From Chlamydiia bacterium (GTDB lineage: Bacteria > Chlamydiota > Chlamydiia > Chlamydiales > JAAKFQ01), in NCBI GenBank assembly GCA_041688145.1, contig JBDNIV010000025.1, forward strand, positions 4,047 to 68,046: a stretch of DNA of 64,000 bases, given 5' to 3'. Positions 27,465-36,961 of the stretch are shown piece after piece. The notes under the pieces are model-generated. The model worked only from the letters and a program-made list of their open reading frames with translations, was not told where the DNA came from and ran no database searches. Numbering within the stretch: position 1 is the first letter of the stretch; each line of letters begins with the position of its first letter. The translations under genes were made by a program, and so were the position numbers.

Positions 27465-30400
27465 GTGAAGAAAAAAAAGTGGCACTTTCTCGTTATATTG
27501 TCTGTTTTAGCGATCACTCTTTACAACATTTTGCCCACATTGTTTTTTTATGCTCACTCACTTGACAAGCCTGTAAATGGTAAGGATGCGTCTCAGATTG
27601 CTAGGCAGATTACCCGTCGTTTATCGGGCCAGGAAAAAGAAACACTTTCTTGGACAAAGGGGCTGTTAGATCTTTCAGGCCTTCGTGTAAAAGCTATAAA
27701 CTCTATTGCTAACAGGGCTCAAGATATTGAAGTTGTTTTTGAAAATACGGAAAAAGCACATAGCTTTGCGTATCAAGCTTCAAGAGCAGGGTCTATGCGT
27801 CCTTTTGATCCAGCTAAAGTTATTGTTACAGCAGTGGAGCCGGTAGGCTCTGGAGCTAAAGTGATTCTTCATAGAGCGGTTGGGGGAGAAATACAAGAAG
27901 GTCAAGAGAGTGCCTTTTTTGGCTTTTGCCCTAAAAAGTTAGATCATAACCCTAACGCGGCTTACAGCCAGATAGCTATGGATCGTTTAGGGCAAATCGT
28001 ATCTAGGTTTGTAAACACGAGTCAAGAAAGCACTTTTTTGCAAGTGGCGAGTCAAAACCCAGAAACACAACTTCTTTGCCTTAATATTGCTGAAAAAATT
28101 CTTGATTATGAAAAATATTTCAGGGGCACTGCGGTTGCTAAGCGCTATTATGGTTCTTTTACTCATGGAAGTGGCGGGAATGCAGCGCCTCTTTTGGAAG
28201 GAGCTTTTGAGCGCCAAACAGATGTTATAAAAAAGAGAATTGCCAAGTTAGAGCGCGAAAAACCTAAAGATCTTGATTCTCGTGTAAAAACTTTAAAAGC
28301 AAAAGTCCAGGTCTTTTCGGACGCTTTAGGTGTTGTAAAGAAAAATGCAGTCCATTTTTCTTCAGAAGAAGGGCCTGCTTCTTTAAAAAAAGTACATAGT
28401 GATCTGCAAAATGTTTCCAATGGTGTGTTCTTTTATGACCTGAAAAATAGAGATCCTTTTATTAAAAAGGCTCGAGCAAGTCTTGTAGAAGGAAAGTTAG
28501 AGTTCATTCTTCATGATGATGTCAAAGCATTAATTGGAAAAAATGTAGAGGGCTCTCAAATATTAAAGGGAAAGATAGCTAAAAGGCTTATCCAACTTGG
28601 GCATGAGACAGGCGAGGAGATCTGCGAAAAAGAGGGTACTTTCTTTATTGCTCTTAATAAAGCAAGCCAGACGCATGGCCTACTTACCTTAGACCTTAGA
28701 AGAGTTGCGAAAAGCAAGTTGAATAGCCTCGAAAAAATGCTAAAAGCGCGCTGGCATCCTAAGAGCGAAGCTCTTCAAGATTCCGAGATTATAGCTTATC
28801 CACAGTATGTTCAGCGCGGCAGGCCAGACAATTTTCGGGGTCTTATTTTATGCGCTCCTGTTTTAGATGATGAGCTTCCTTTTACTTTAGAGCGTGGCTC
28901 ATTATTTGTGATTGCACGTGGTCTTGAGCCTCTACTATCAGTTGCTAGAAAAGATAAAGAGTCGGAGACTTCAAAGGTTTTATTTGAGGATATGGGGCAG
29001 CTTCAGAATGTATTAAATGGAGAGATGCCTACCTATCAATACTCGAGTCGAGAAGTCGCTCTACCTAAAGAGTTTCATGGGGATTATTTTTTTGAGTCAC
29101 CTCACTATTATGCGCCTCTATTACAGGCAACAAGAGAGCCTTTCTATGTTGTCGGGTCTAAAAAGTTAGCCCTTTTGGAATTAGGAACGGTTGGAGATCG
29201 ACTGCAAGCGATTAACCAGATAGAAACAGAGGAGCACGCTGAGCTCGTAAGGCTTCGCGATGATTATTTAGCTGCTCAAGTTGATCTGGATAAAAGTAAA
29301 CGTCTCTTGGCGCCAAAGCCTTCAAAAAGCACTTTTTGGAGCAATTTTTTACTCAGTGCTCGTAAATACGTCCGTGGGGATGTGCGAAAAACCTTGCGCT
29401 GGGCGCTTGATTTATCAGGGGGAAAAAGTGTACGTATCGAGCTTGTAGATCGACAAAATCGCTTAGTTAAAGGGGAAGAAGATTTAAACCAAGCGGTTAA
29501 TGAGCTTTATAAGCGCGTCAATAAATTGGGGGTTTCAGAAGTCTCTATCCGTCGTGAAGGCGCTGGGATTCGACTAGACTTTCCAGGTGCTCAGAAGCTA
29601 AGCGCAAAAGATCTCATTACGGGATCTACAATGACCTTCCATATGGTTAACGAAAATTTTTCTAGAGGTCATGTTAAAACAGGCCCTTTAGTCGATCAGT
29701 TTTTGTCAGAAGTGTGGAGTGAAGCTTTTCTTTCAGGGCGTACAGATGCGAGGAGCTTACATGAAATTGCATGGCATAAGTTTGGGGGAGCTCATGAGGG
29801 ATCAGGGGCGCTTTCTCAAGCAGCAAAAGAGTTGAAAGCGCAGGGGCTGCGTTTAGTAAATCCAAACCATCTGTTATCTAGCAATGACTGCAATAACCAA
29901 TTTTCTATGATTGGACGTGTTTCAGGGAAAGGTCCTAAAGAATGGGGGCACTCACATCCGCTTATGGTGCTGTTTGCGAATTATGCTTTAGAAGGTAGTG
30001 ATCTTGAAGATGCTCAAGCGTCTTATCACCCAGAAAGGGGGCATTTTCTTACTTTCAAAGTAAAAAGCGCTTATCAGAGCAAAGGGGGTAAAACTTTAGA
30101 CCCCAGAGGCGCTTTTTATACATGGACTTCTCAGTATGCAAAAGCTGCCCTTAAGCGAGCCTCGCTTAGTGAAGCCTCTGTGCGAGATGGGTGGCATATG
30201 GCAATTGTTCTTAATGATGAGGTCATCAGTGCGCCGAGCTTAAACGAGCCTTTAAGAGATGGCGGGTCTATTACGGGGAATTTTTCACAAAGAGAAGTTG
30301 AAAAATTAGAAAGTGACTTGCGCGCAGGTTCACTTAGCTTTAAGCCACGTATTTTATCAGAAACCAACGTATCTCCTGAGCTTGGTCAAAACGAGCGCAC

Positions 30401-31880
30401 ATGGGGAATCGCCGCAACATTTATGGCTCTATTAGGAGTGATTGCTATCATGGTCGGTTTTTACCGATTAGGAGGGCTTGTTGCGAGTATTTGTGTGATT
30501 TTCAACTTGCTGATCATGTGGGCGGCATTTCAAAATTTAGGAGCTGCTCTTAGCTTAGCTAACATTGCAGGAGTTGTTCTTACTATTGGGATGGCGGTAG
30601 ATGCGAATGTGCTTGTATTTGAAAGAATTCGCGAAGAGTTTGAGAAGTCTAAAAATATATCGACGGCTTTGAAAGCGGGATATCAAAGAGCATTTACGGC
30701 TATTTTTGACTCGAATTTAACTACCGCAGTAGCAGCTTTGGTGCTTCTAAATTTTGATTCAGGTCCTGTGAAAGGGTTTGCCTTAGCGCTGATTATTGGT
30801 ATTGCTTCGTCTATGTTTACAGCGCTTTTTGTAAGTCGTTTTTTTCTTACATGCCTTGTTGAAAAGGGGCGCATAACACGTTTGAATATGGCAACTCTTT
30901 TTACAAAAATGCATTTTAATTTCTTCAGGGGATCTAAGCGCTTTATTGCGCTAGTTATTCTTATGGGCGCTTTGGGCATTGGAGCTTGGAGCTATGTTCG
31001 AAAGGACATGCTTGGCATGGACTTTACAGGAGGATATAGCTTTCAGATAGAGCTCAGTTCTAAAGGAAAGACAGGTAGAAGTGCTCTTGCAGATCTTTTT
31101 ACAAAGTTAGGGGTTAATAATAGCGACTTTCAAATTCGAGAAGGAGCAAGCAAGACCTCTTTACGTGCGACGCTTTCTTCACATCTAGATGATGCAGAGG
31201 CGCTTTTTGCAGGTATGCATGGAGGGGAAGAAAAAGCGAGTTTTATCCACGCAGCCTTATTAAAAGATGGGTTTGTCTTATCGGAAAATGGATATGATGC
31301 GCTTAAAAATAGCTGGGTAGAAGTCAGTGGGCAGCTTTCGGATGTAATGCGTATTCAAGCAGTTTTAGGGCTGGTAATAGCCCTTGGGTGCATTTTGATT
31401 TACATATCGGTTCGCTTTGAGCCAGCGGGAGCTTTATCGGCTATATTTTGCCTTGTGCACGATGTATTAATTACTTTAGGCTCTCTTGCTATATTGAGAT
31501 TTTTAGGCCTAGATATTCGTATTGACTTACATACGATTGCGGCTCTTTTGACAATTGTAGGCTATTCACTTAATGATACGATCATCATTTTTGACCGCTT
31601 AAGAGAAGAGAGAAAGCTATATCCTCGCGAACCTTTAAAAGCGCTGATTACGCGGTCACTTAATGTGACACTCACACGTACTTTCATGACATCAGCAACT
31701 ACACTTGTAGTCTTGCTGTTTCTTGTGATTTTTGGCGGAGGTGCACTTTTCAGTTTTGCTCTTGTGATGACAATTGGAGTTTTTCTAGGCACGCTATCTT
31801 CATTATTTTTATCAGGACCTCTTTTGATTGGCTTTATACGCCTTTTGGGAAGAAAAAAGGAGATAAGCGGCCGCATTTAA
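27465..31880 (+). CDS. secDF: fused protein-export membrane protein SecD/SecF with expanded periplasmic region
   Basis: 1471 codons. SecD region LDLSGGKSVRIEL...GMAVDANVLVFERIREE. SecF region GMDFTGG...LVHDVLITLG...GYSLNDTIIIFDRLRE. GTG start. Confidence 0.9.
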   Translation: MKKKKWHFLVILSVLAITLYNILPTLFFYAHSLDKPVNGKDASQIARQITRRLSGQEKETLSWTKGLLDLSGLRVKAINSIANRAQDIEVVFENTEKAHSFAYQASRAGSMRPFDPAKVIVTAVEPVGSGAKVILHRAVGGEIQEGQESAFFGFCPKKLDHNPNAAYSQIAMDRLGQIVSRFVNTSQESTFLQVASQNPETQLLCLNIAEKILDYEKYFRGTAVAKRYYGSFTHGSGGNAAPLLEGAFERQTDVIKKRIAKLEREKPKDLDSRVKTLKAKVQVFSDALGVVKKNAVHFSSEEGPASLKKVHSDLQNVSNGVFFYDLKNRDPFIKKARASLVEGKLEFILHDDVKALIGKNVEGSQILKGKIAKRLIQLGHETGEEICEKEGTFFIALNKASQTHGLLTLDLRRVAKSKLNSLEKMLKARWHPKSEALQDSEIIAYPQYVQRGRPDNFRGLILCAPVLDDELPFTLERGSLFVIARGLEPLLSVARKDKESETSKVLFEDMGQLQNVLNGEMPTYQYSSREVALPKEFHGDYFFESPHYYAPLLQATREPFYVVGSKKLALLELGTVGDRLQAINQIETEEHAELVRLRDDYLAAQVDLDKSKRLLAPKPSKSTFWSNFLLSARKYVRGDVRKTLRWALDLSGGKSVRIELVDRQNRLVKGEEDLNQAVNELYKRVNKLGVSEVSIRREGAGIRLDFPGAQKLSAKDLITGSTMTFHMVNENFSRGHVKTGPLVDQFLSEVWSEAFLSGRTDARSLHEIAWHKFGGAHEGSGALSQAAKELKAQGLRLVNPNHLLSSNDCNNQFSMIGRVSGKGPKEWGHSHPLMVLFANYALEGSDLEDAQASYHPERGHFLTFKVKSAYQSKGGKTLDPRGAFYTWTSQYAKAALKRASLSEASVRDGWHMAIVLNDEVISAPSLNEPLRDGGSITGNFSQREVEKLESDLRAGSLSFKPRILSETNVSPELGQNERTWGIAATFMALLGVIAIMVGFYRLGGLVASICVIFNLLIMWAAFQNLGAALSLANIAGVVLTIGMAVDANVLVFERIREEFEKSKNISTALKAGYQRAFTAIFDSNLTTAVAALVLLNFDSGPVKGFALALIIGIASSMFTALFVSRFFLTCLVEKGRITRLNMATLFTKMHFNFFRGSKRFIALVILMGALGIGAWSYVRKDMLGMDFTGGYSFQIELSSKGKTGRSALADLFTKLGVNNSDFQIREGASKTSLRATLSSHLDDAEALFAGMHGGEEKASFIHAALLKDGFVLSENGYDALKNSWVEVSGQLSDVMRIQAVLGLVIALGCILIYISVRFEPAGALSAIFCLVHDVLITLGSLAILRFLGLDIRIDLHTIAALLTIVGYSLNDTIIIFDRLREERKLYPREPLKALITRSLNVTLTRTFMTSATTLVVLLFLVIFGGGALFSFALVMTIGVFLGTLSSLFLSGPLLIGFIRLLGRKKEISGRI

Positions 31881-32025
31881 GTTTGGGGATCTTTAAGGGA
31901 GAATTTTTAGCTCCCTATTCCTCGGTAAAAAATATTTTAATTTCTTGAAAAATGATTTTCTGAAATTTGCTTCAAAGGTCATATGCGTGATATGATTACT
32001 TCTTAGGAAAAAAGAAAAAATTTGG

Positions 32026-33819
32026 ATGCAACATTCACAAAATGTCGAAGCTAAATGGAACCCCCCTACAGTTGATGCCGATTGGCGACAGAAGATTGTC
32101 GATGAGTTCCATATACACCCTGTCATGGCCCAAATCTTGGTCACGCGGGGGTTTTCGACTTTAAAAGATATACATTCTTTTCTCTACGTTAAGCTTCGGG
32201 ATTTACATGACCCTTATCTTTTCGTAGATATGCAGTGTGCGGTTGACCGTCTCGTTTTTGCTTGGAAGCAAAAAGAGCGGGTGATGGTTTATGGCGACAC
32301 GGATGTAGATGGCATGACAGCAGCAGCTCTTCTTGTAGAATTTTTATTATCTATTGGTATTCAGGCAGAGGCTTATTTACCTGGGCGTAGCACACGCCAA
32401 AAAGAGATGATCACAAGCCTTGGTTTTGCTAAGGAAAAAGGTATTAGCCTTGTGATCACAGTTGATTGTGGCATTACAGCAGCTGAAGAAATAGAAGAAT
32501 TTTCAGCAAGTGGCATTGATGTTATTGTGACAGACCATCACGAGCCGACACATAAAATGCCGAGCTGCTTGGCAACCCTTAATCCGAAGCTTATTGATAA
32601 CGTATATCCGAACCGTGAGCTCACAGGAGCAGGTGTTGCATTTAAGCTGATTCATGCGCTTACCATTTACTTTGTAAAGACAAAAAAAATTGCTGAGGAT
32701 TTTGTAGTTCTTGAGAGTTATCTTGACTTAGTAGCTTTAGGTACTATTGCAGATATGGCTTCACTAATCGGTGAAAACAGGATACTTGCTCGTTATGGCC
32801 TTGAAAGGCTTGAAAAGACAAAGAGACTTGGGCTTTTAAAGCTTTATGAAGTGTGTGGTATAGATCCTAAAGAAGGCATATCAGCTTTTGATGTAGCCTC
32901 TAAGTTAGCGCCTCGTCTTAACAGTATTGGCCGGATTGATGAAGGACGTAAAGGGGTCGAACTTTTACTTGCGAAAGAAGAGAAAGAGGCAAGTACTTTA
33001 GCTCAGGAGCTAGAGATACAAAATGCCGAAAGGCAGCGTATAGAAAAAGAGATGTCAGAGCATTTGGATTATCTAATTGCTGAAGACCCAGCTATTTTAA
33101 GCGCGCCTATGATTGTTATAGCATCTGATAAATGGCATCCAGGGGTAATACCGATACTTGCAGCTAGGCTGACTAAGCAATATGGCCGTCCTTCTTTACT
33201 TATTGCTATTGAAAATGGTGTGGGGAAGGGGTCTATGCGGACCATTTCAGAGTTTCCCTTATTGCCTCTTTTGAAGCATTGCGCTTCATTGGTCTTAGAC
33301 TATGGAGGTCATGATTTTGCTGCGGGTCTTACTGTAGAAGAAGCGAATGTCAAGGCTCTTACAGAAACAGCATTAGCTTATGCAAAAGAGCATTTATATA
33401 CCCAAGACTGCGCTCCAAAGCTTCAAGTTGATGCAAATGTGAGTTTTTGTGAACTCAATTTCGAGCTTTTAGAGTCATTGGATCTTTTTAAGCCGTATGG
33501 TCAGGAAAACCCTATGCCTATTTTCTTTGTTAAAGCTCGGCAAAGCTGGCCTCCTAAAGTTATTAGTGGGCATCACCTTAAAATGTATCTCCAGGAAGGG
33601 GGAAGAATGCTAGAGGGGATTGCTTTTGGTATGGCAGATGAAAGAGATCGGATTAAGCGCAAGAACATATGGTTAGATGTTGCTTTTACACCTCAGGTCA
33701 ACCATTTTCTGAATAAGTCGAGCATACAGCTTCTTGTCCGCAGCTTTCAGTTAGATGCGCGTGAATGCGGAGAAAATACAAGCAAAAAAAAGCCCCCTAA
33801 AGAGGAGGCTTCACCATAA
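32026..33819 (+). CDS. recJ: single-stranded-DNA-specific exonuclease RecJ
   Basis: DHH motifs VYGDTDVDGMTAAA, ITVDCGI, VTDHH, GTIADM. DHHA1 motif GGHDFAAG. Confidence 0.9.
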   Translation: MQHSQNVEAKWNPPTVDADWRQKIVDEFHIHPVMAQILVTRGFSTLKDIHSFLYVKLRDLHDPYLFVDMQCAVDRLVFAWKQKERVMVYGDTDVDGMTAAALLVEFLLSIGIQAEAYLPGRSTRQKEMITSLGFAKEKGISLVITVDCGITAAEEIEEFSASGIDVIVTDHHEPTHKMPSCLATLNPKLIDNVYPNRELTGAGVAFKLIHALTIYFVKTKKIAEDFVVLESYLDLVALGTIADMASLIGENRILARYGLERLEKTKRLGLLKLYEVCGIDPKEGISAFDVASKLAPRLNSIGRIDEGRKGVELLLAKEEKEASTLAQELEIQNAERQRIEKEMSEHLDYLIAEDPAILSAPMIVIASDKWHPGVIPILAARLTKQYGRPSLLIAIENGVGKGSMRTISEFPLLPLLKHCASLVLDYGGHDFAAGLTVEEANVKALTETALAYAKEHLYTQDCAPKLQVDANVSFCELNFELLESLDLFKPYGQENPMPIFFVKARQSWPPKVISGHHLKMYLQEGGRMLEGIAFGMADERDRIKRKNIWLDVAFTPQVNHFLNKSSIQLLVRSFQLDARECGENTSKKKPPKEEASP

Positions 33820-33842
33820 AAATTTAGATGTTTTGTTTGGGA

Positions 33843-34298
33843 TTACCCAACGTTTGCATCTTCATTTTTCTTTCCTAGGAAAGTTTGCTTATAAGATGTG
33901 ATATCATCTGAATGAATCACCCAAGCAGCGCCTTTACGGTGCGCTTTAAGCTGGCCTACGCGCGTTGCGTAGTATACTTTCTGAGCAGGAACGCCAAGCA
34001 TATCAGCAGCTTGGTTTACTGAGAAAAAACCTTTATTATTATCAAAAAGAAGCTCGCCATCAAAGATAGACTTTGCACGTGAGTACTTGTTTGTACGGTA
34101 TTCTTCGAGGTCTTTTAGATTGATGACCCAGCGTGTAGTCGCTTTTATCGCTCTTAGTTTCTTTTGTTTAATAGCAACGTAGATAGCTTGACGCGTTACG
34201 TTATTAATTTTAGCAGCTTCTGTAATAGAGACTACTTTGTCTTGAGTCTGAACTGCAGGCTCTTGGACTAGTGTACTTCCTTGATTATCGTCGAACAT
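33843..34298 (-). CDS. euo: EUO-type DNA-binding transcriptional regulator (chlamydial late-gene repressor family)
   Basis: SITEAAKINNVTRQAIYVAIKQKKL......RW.INLKDLEEYR.NKYSR....FDGELLFDN.KGFFSVNQAADMLGVPAQKVYYATR matches my memory of chlamydial EUO. It sits next to recJ-secDF as in Chlamydia. Confidence 0.85.
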   Translation of the reverse strand: MFDDNQGSTLVQEPAVQTQDKVVSITEAAKINNVTRQAIYVAIKQKKLRAIKATTRWVINLKDLEEYRTNKYSRAKSIFDGELLFDNNKGFFSVNQAADMLGVPAQKVYYATRVGQLKAHRKGAAWVIHSDDITSYKQTFLGKKNEDANVG

Positions 34299-34345
34299 CT
34301 TCGTTCTCCTTATTATTTGGTATTGTTTAAATAAGTAACAATTCC

Positions 34346-34374
34346 ATTTTAACTTATAGAGGTTTTGGAATCAA
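34346..34374 (-). promoter_or_regulatory. sigma-70-type promoter candidate for euo
   Basis: Minus strand: TTGATT (34374-34369), 17-nt spacer, TAAAAT (34351-34346). AAGGAG lies upstream of the ATG. Confidence 0.3.
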
Positions 34375-34817
34375 GAGTTTTATCAAGGTTTTGTTAATCT
34401 ATTGTTAACTTTTGAGTATTATCACCATGTAACATTTGTAAGTTGTTTATTGTTAGTATTTTAAAAAAATATGTTGTATTGCGCATGTGAATAATTTTTA
34501 ACTTTAAATAAAGGGATTGTAAATAAGAGGGCCAAAAATCTTTCAAAGGTAAGAAAGAGTCGGTTATATAGTACGAGATATTCAACGAATTCAGATTAAA
34601 GGGTTTTGAGCTCATAATCTGTTGGTTATTAGCAGCTTGCAAATGCTTGTGGTGCAGGCAAAAGAAGGCTTGGCTCTTAAGCTGTTTGTTATAAGCAGCT
34701 TAAGGTGATTCTTCGGTATGAATGCCTATTTAGCTTAGGTGAGAACTTAAGAGATAAGGCAAGATCTGCGTTATTTGCCCTTAAATAAAAAGTCTTTAAA
34801 GAGTAGTCTTAGGGTCT

Positions 34818-36821
34818 ATGAAAAGACTATTTGCTCTCATTCTCTTGATTCTGCCTCTTATCGTAATAGCTAGGCCTGCTAAAGAGGTGACGTCTAGAAG
34901 TGTCTCTCAGGTATTGGGAGAGATTTTCCAAGAGCATGCGACTTATAAAACGTTTAATGAAGAGCTTGCTAGGCGAGCGCTGACTCTTTTCATTGAGCAA
35001 ATAGATCCTTCTAAAACATATTTGTTAGAGCCAGAAATTAAGGCATATTTATCTCCTGATGAGGCTCTTTTAACAAAAGTTGTTAAAGAGCAGTCTGATG
35101 AAACTTTTGCCACTTTTCGAAAAGTTCATGAAATTGCAAAAGCAGCCATTAATCGACGCTCAAAATTAGAAGAGCAAGTGAAAAACGCGCCTCTTCTTAA
35201 AGGGATCGATGCTAAAACTCTGCACAAGGCGCCTTTTGCTAAAACAGAAAAAGAGCTTTTAGAGAGACTTATAAAAGTGCGCAGCTTGCAGTTTGAGGCA
35301 GCTGAAGAGTTTGAAGAGGATATCTTAAAAAATTTCGATGAGCGCTTAATACGCTGGCGCAAACATTGGGAAGATCAGATTTTAGGCTCATCTCAACAAG
35401 ACTCTGATGCTTTTTTGTATACCTATGTCACAAAGGCTATAGCATCTGCTTTAGATTCTCAGACCCTTTTTTTCACCCCTAGAGAAGCACGTGCTTTTAT
35501 TGCGAGTATGCAGCAAAAGCTTTTTGGGATTGGTGTGCAGTTGCGGGATAACTTAAATGGTCTTGTTGTTACAGAGATCATTAAAGGGGGGCCTTCTGAG
35601 CGCTCTAAGCAGCTGCGTGTAGGTGATCGTATTATAGCGGTTGATAAAGCGCCGATTGTGGGAATGCACATTATTGACTCTGTAGAGCTTATCCGAGGCA
35701 AAAAGGGAAGGCCTGTTGACTTGACTGTTGTGCGTGTAGCTGATGAGTCACTTGATGGGAAGTTAAATAGAGAGGCTGAGATTGCAAATCATAAAAATAA
35801 TAAAGAAATCTCAAAAATTGACAAAAGCTTGCACGAGACTTTAAATATTACCATTGTGCGGGATGAAATTGTCTTTGAAGAGCAAAGGATGCAAGTAACA
35901 AGCATTCCTTTTGGCAAAGGTCATATAGCCCATTTAAAGCTCTATTCTTTTTATGCAGATGATAAGGGGTCAAGCGCTGAGGACTTAAAAGCAGCTATAG
36001 AAAAGATGGCAAAGAAAAAGCCTCTTGAAGGCGTGATCCTAGACCTTAGAGGCAACATGGGCGGGCTTCTAGTTCCAGCAGTTCATGTATGTGGCCTTTT
36101 TATGGATAGAGGCATTGTGGTTTCTTTAAAAGACAATAAAGGGGATGTGCAGCACTTGAGGCATTTAGGTATGCGCGCTTATTCAGGGCCTCTTGTAGTT
36201 TTAGTAGATCCGCTCTCAGCGTCTTGTTCTGAAATTGTAGCGGGGACTCTTCAAGAGTATGGGTGTGCAATTGTCGTGGGAGGAAAGACCTTTGGAAAGG
36301 GAACTTTTCAAAGAACTAAGCTCGATATGAACGCGGGTTCTGAGCGCTGCGTTAGAAACTTGAATGAATATAAAGTGACCTGTGGTACATACCACACCAT
36401 TTCAGGAAGAACGCCTCAACTAGAAGGTGTGGCGAGTGACATAGAAGTTTTAGGTCCATTAAGTGCTTTAGAGATTGGGGAAAATTTAGCTAAATATCCT
36501 TTAAAAAATGAATCAATTGCCTCAAGTTTTGAGGATACAATGTCAGATTTATCTCTTATGGAACGTCCTCGCCTTCGTAATCTTTACCGAGCGGGTGTGC
36601 AAAAGAAGATAAAAGATTACACGCAATATCTCACCTTGCTTAGAGAGAACTCAAAAAAGCGTCTTAAAAAGCAGAAAAATTATCAGGTTTTTTTAAAACG
36701 TTTGGAAAAGGAAAAAGAAAAAGAGCCTGCAAAAAGAGAGCCGCTGAATGAGAATGATTTTCAGCTTGATGAGGCTGTCCATGTAATAAAAGATCTCATA
36801 TATCTTATTCATGCAGCTTAA
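34818..36821 (+). CDS. tsp: tail-specific (C-terminal processing) protease, S41 family with PDZ domain
   Basis: Signal peptide. PDZ segment GIGVQLRDN..GLVVTEIIKGGPSE....L.VGDRIIAVD. S41 core ILDLRGN.GG, SASCSEI.AG..Q..G.A.VVG..TFGKGT. Confidence 0.85.
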   Translation: MKRLFALILLILPLIVIARPAKEVTSRSVSQVLGEIFQEHATYKTFNEELARRALTLFIEQIDPSKTYLLEPEIKAYLSPDEALLTKVVKEQSDETFATFRKVHEIAKAAINRRSKLEEQVKNAPLLKGIDAKTLHKAPFAKTEKELLERLIKVRSLQFEAAEEFEEDILKNFDERLIRWRKHWEDQILGSSQQDSDAFLYTYVTKAIASALDSQTLFFTPREARAFIASMQQKLFGIGVQLRDNLNGLVVTEIIKGGPSERSKQLRVGDRIIAVDKAPIVGMHIIDSVELIRGKKGRPVDLTVVRVADESLDGKLNREAEIANHKNNKEISKIDKSLHETLNITIVRDEIVFEEQRMQVTSIPFGKGHIAHLKLYSFYADDKGSSAEDLKAAIEKMAKKKPLEGVILDLRGNMGGLLVPAVHVCGLFMDRGIVVSLKDNKGDVQHLRHLGMRAYSGPLVVLVDPLSASCSEIVAGTLQEYGCAIVVGGKTFGKGTFQRTKLDMNAGSERCVRNLNEYKVTCGTYHTISGRTPQLEGVASDIEVLGPLSALEIGENLAKYPLKNESIASSFEDTMSDLSLMERPRLRNLYRAGVQKKIKDYTQYLTLLRENSKKRLKKQKNYQVFLKRLEKEKEKEPAKREPLNENDFQLDEAVHVIKDLIYLIHAA

Positions 36822-36827
36822 AACTCT

Positions 36828-36859
36828 TTTTTGACAGTTTTTAAAATAGCTGTCAAAAG
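36828..36859 (+). terminator. hairpin directly after the tsp stop (no U-tract)
   Basis: CTTTTGACAG (36828-36837) pairs perfectly with CTGTCAAAAG (36850-36859), with a 12-nt loop. Confidence 0.35.
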
Positions 36860-36961
36860 CCGCCAATCTTCCAAGTCATAAGGCAGTTTTTTTGAGTTTT
36901 TATCTCCTATGACTTATAATTCGAATCTCAAGTGCTCACAAATAATCAAGGTGTTTATTTT

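Noticed and set aside
31893-32144. 83-codon minus-strand ORF overlapping the recJ start
   Set aside because: It overlaps the well-supported recJ N-terminus and has no recognisable features.
34394-34642. 82-codon minus-strand ORF in the euo-tsp intergenic region
   Set aside because: The sequence is AT-rich and low-complexity (N/I/L/K-rich), with no SD. The ORF lies upstream of the euo promoter candidate and is more likely non-coding regulatory DNA.
36886-36915. Bulged hairpin AAGTCATAAGG / CCTATGACTT upstream of gltX, considered as a T-box or attenuator
   Set aside because: The loop is 22 nt. No T-box or specifier-like motifs are visible, and chlamydiae are not known to use T-boxes.
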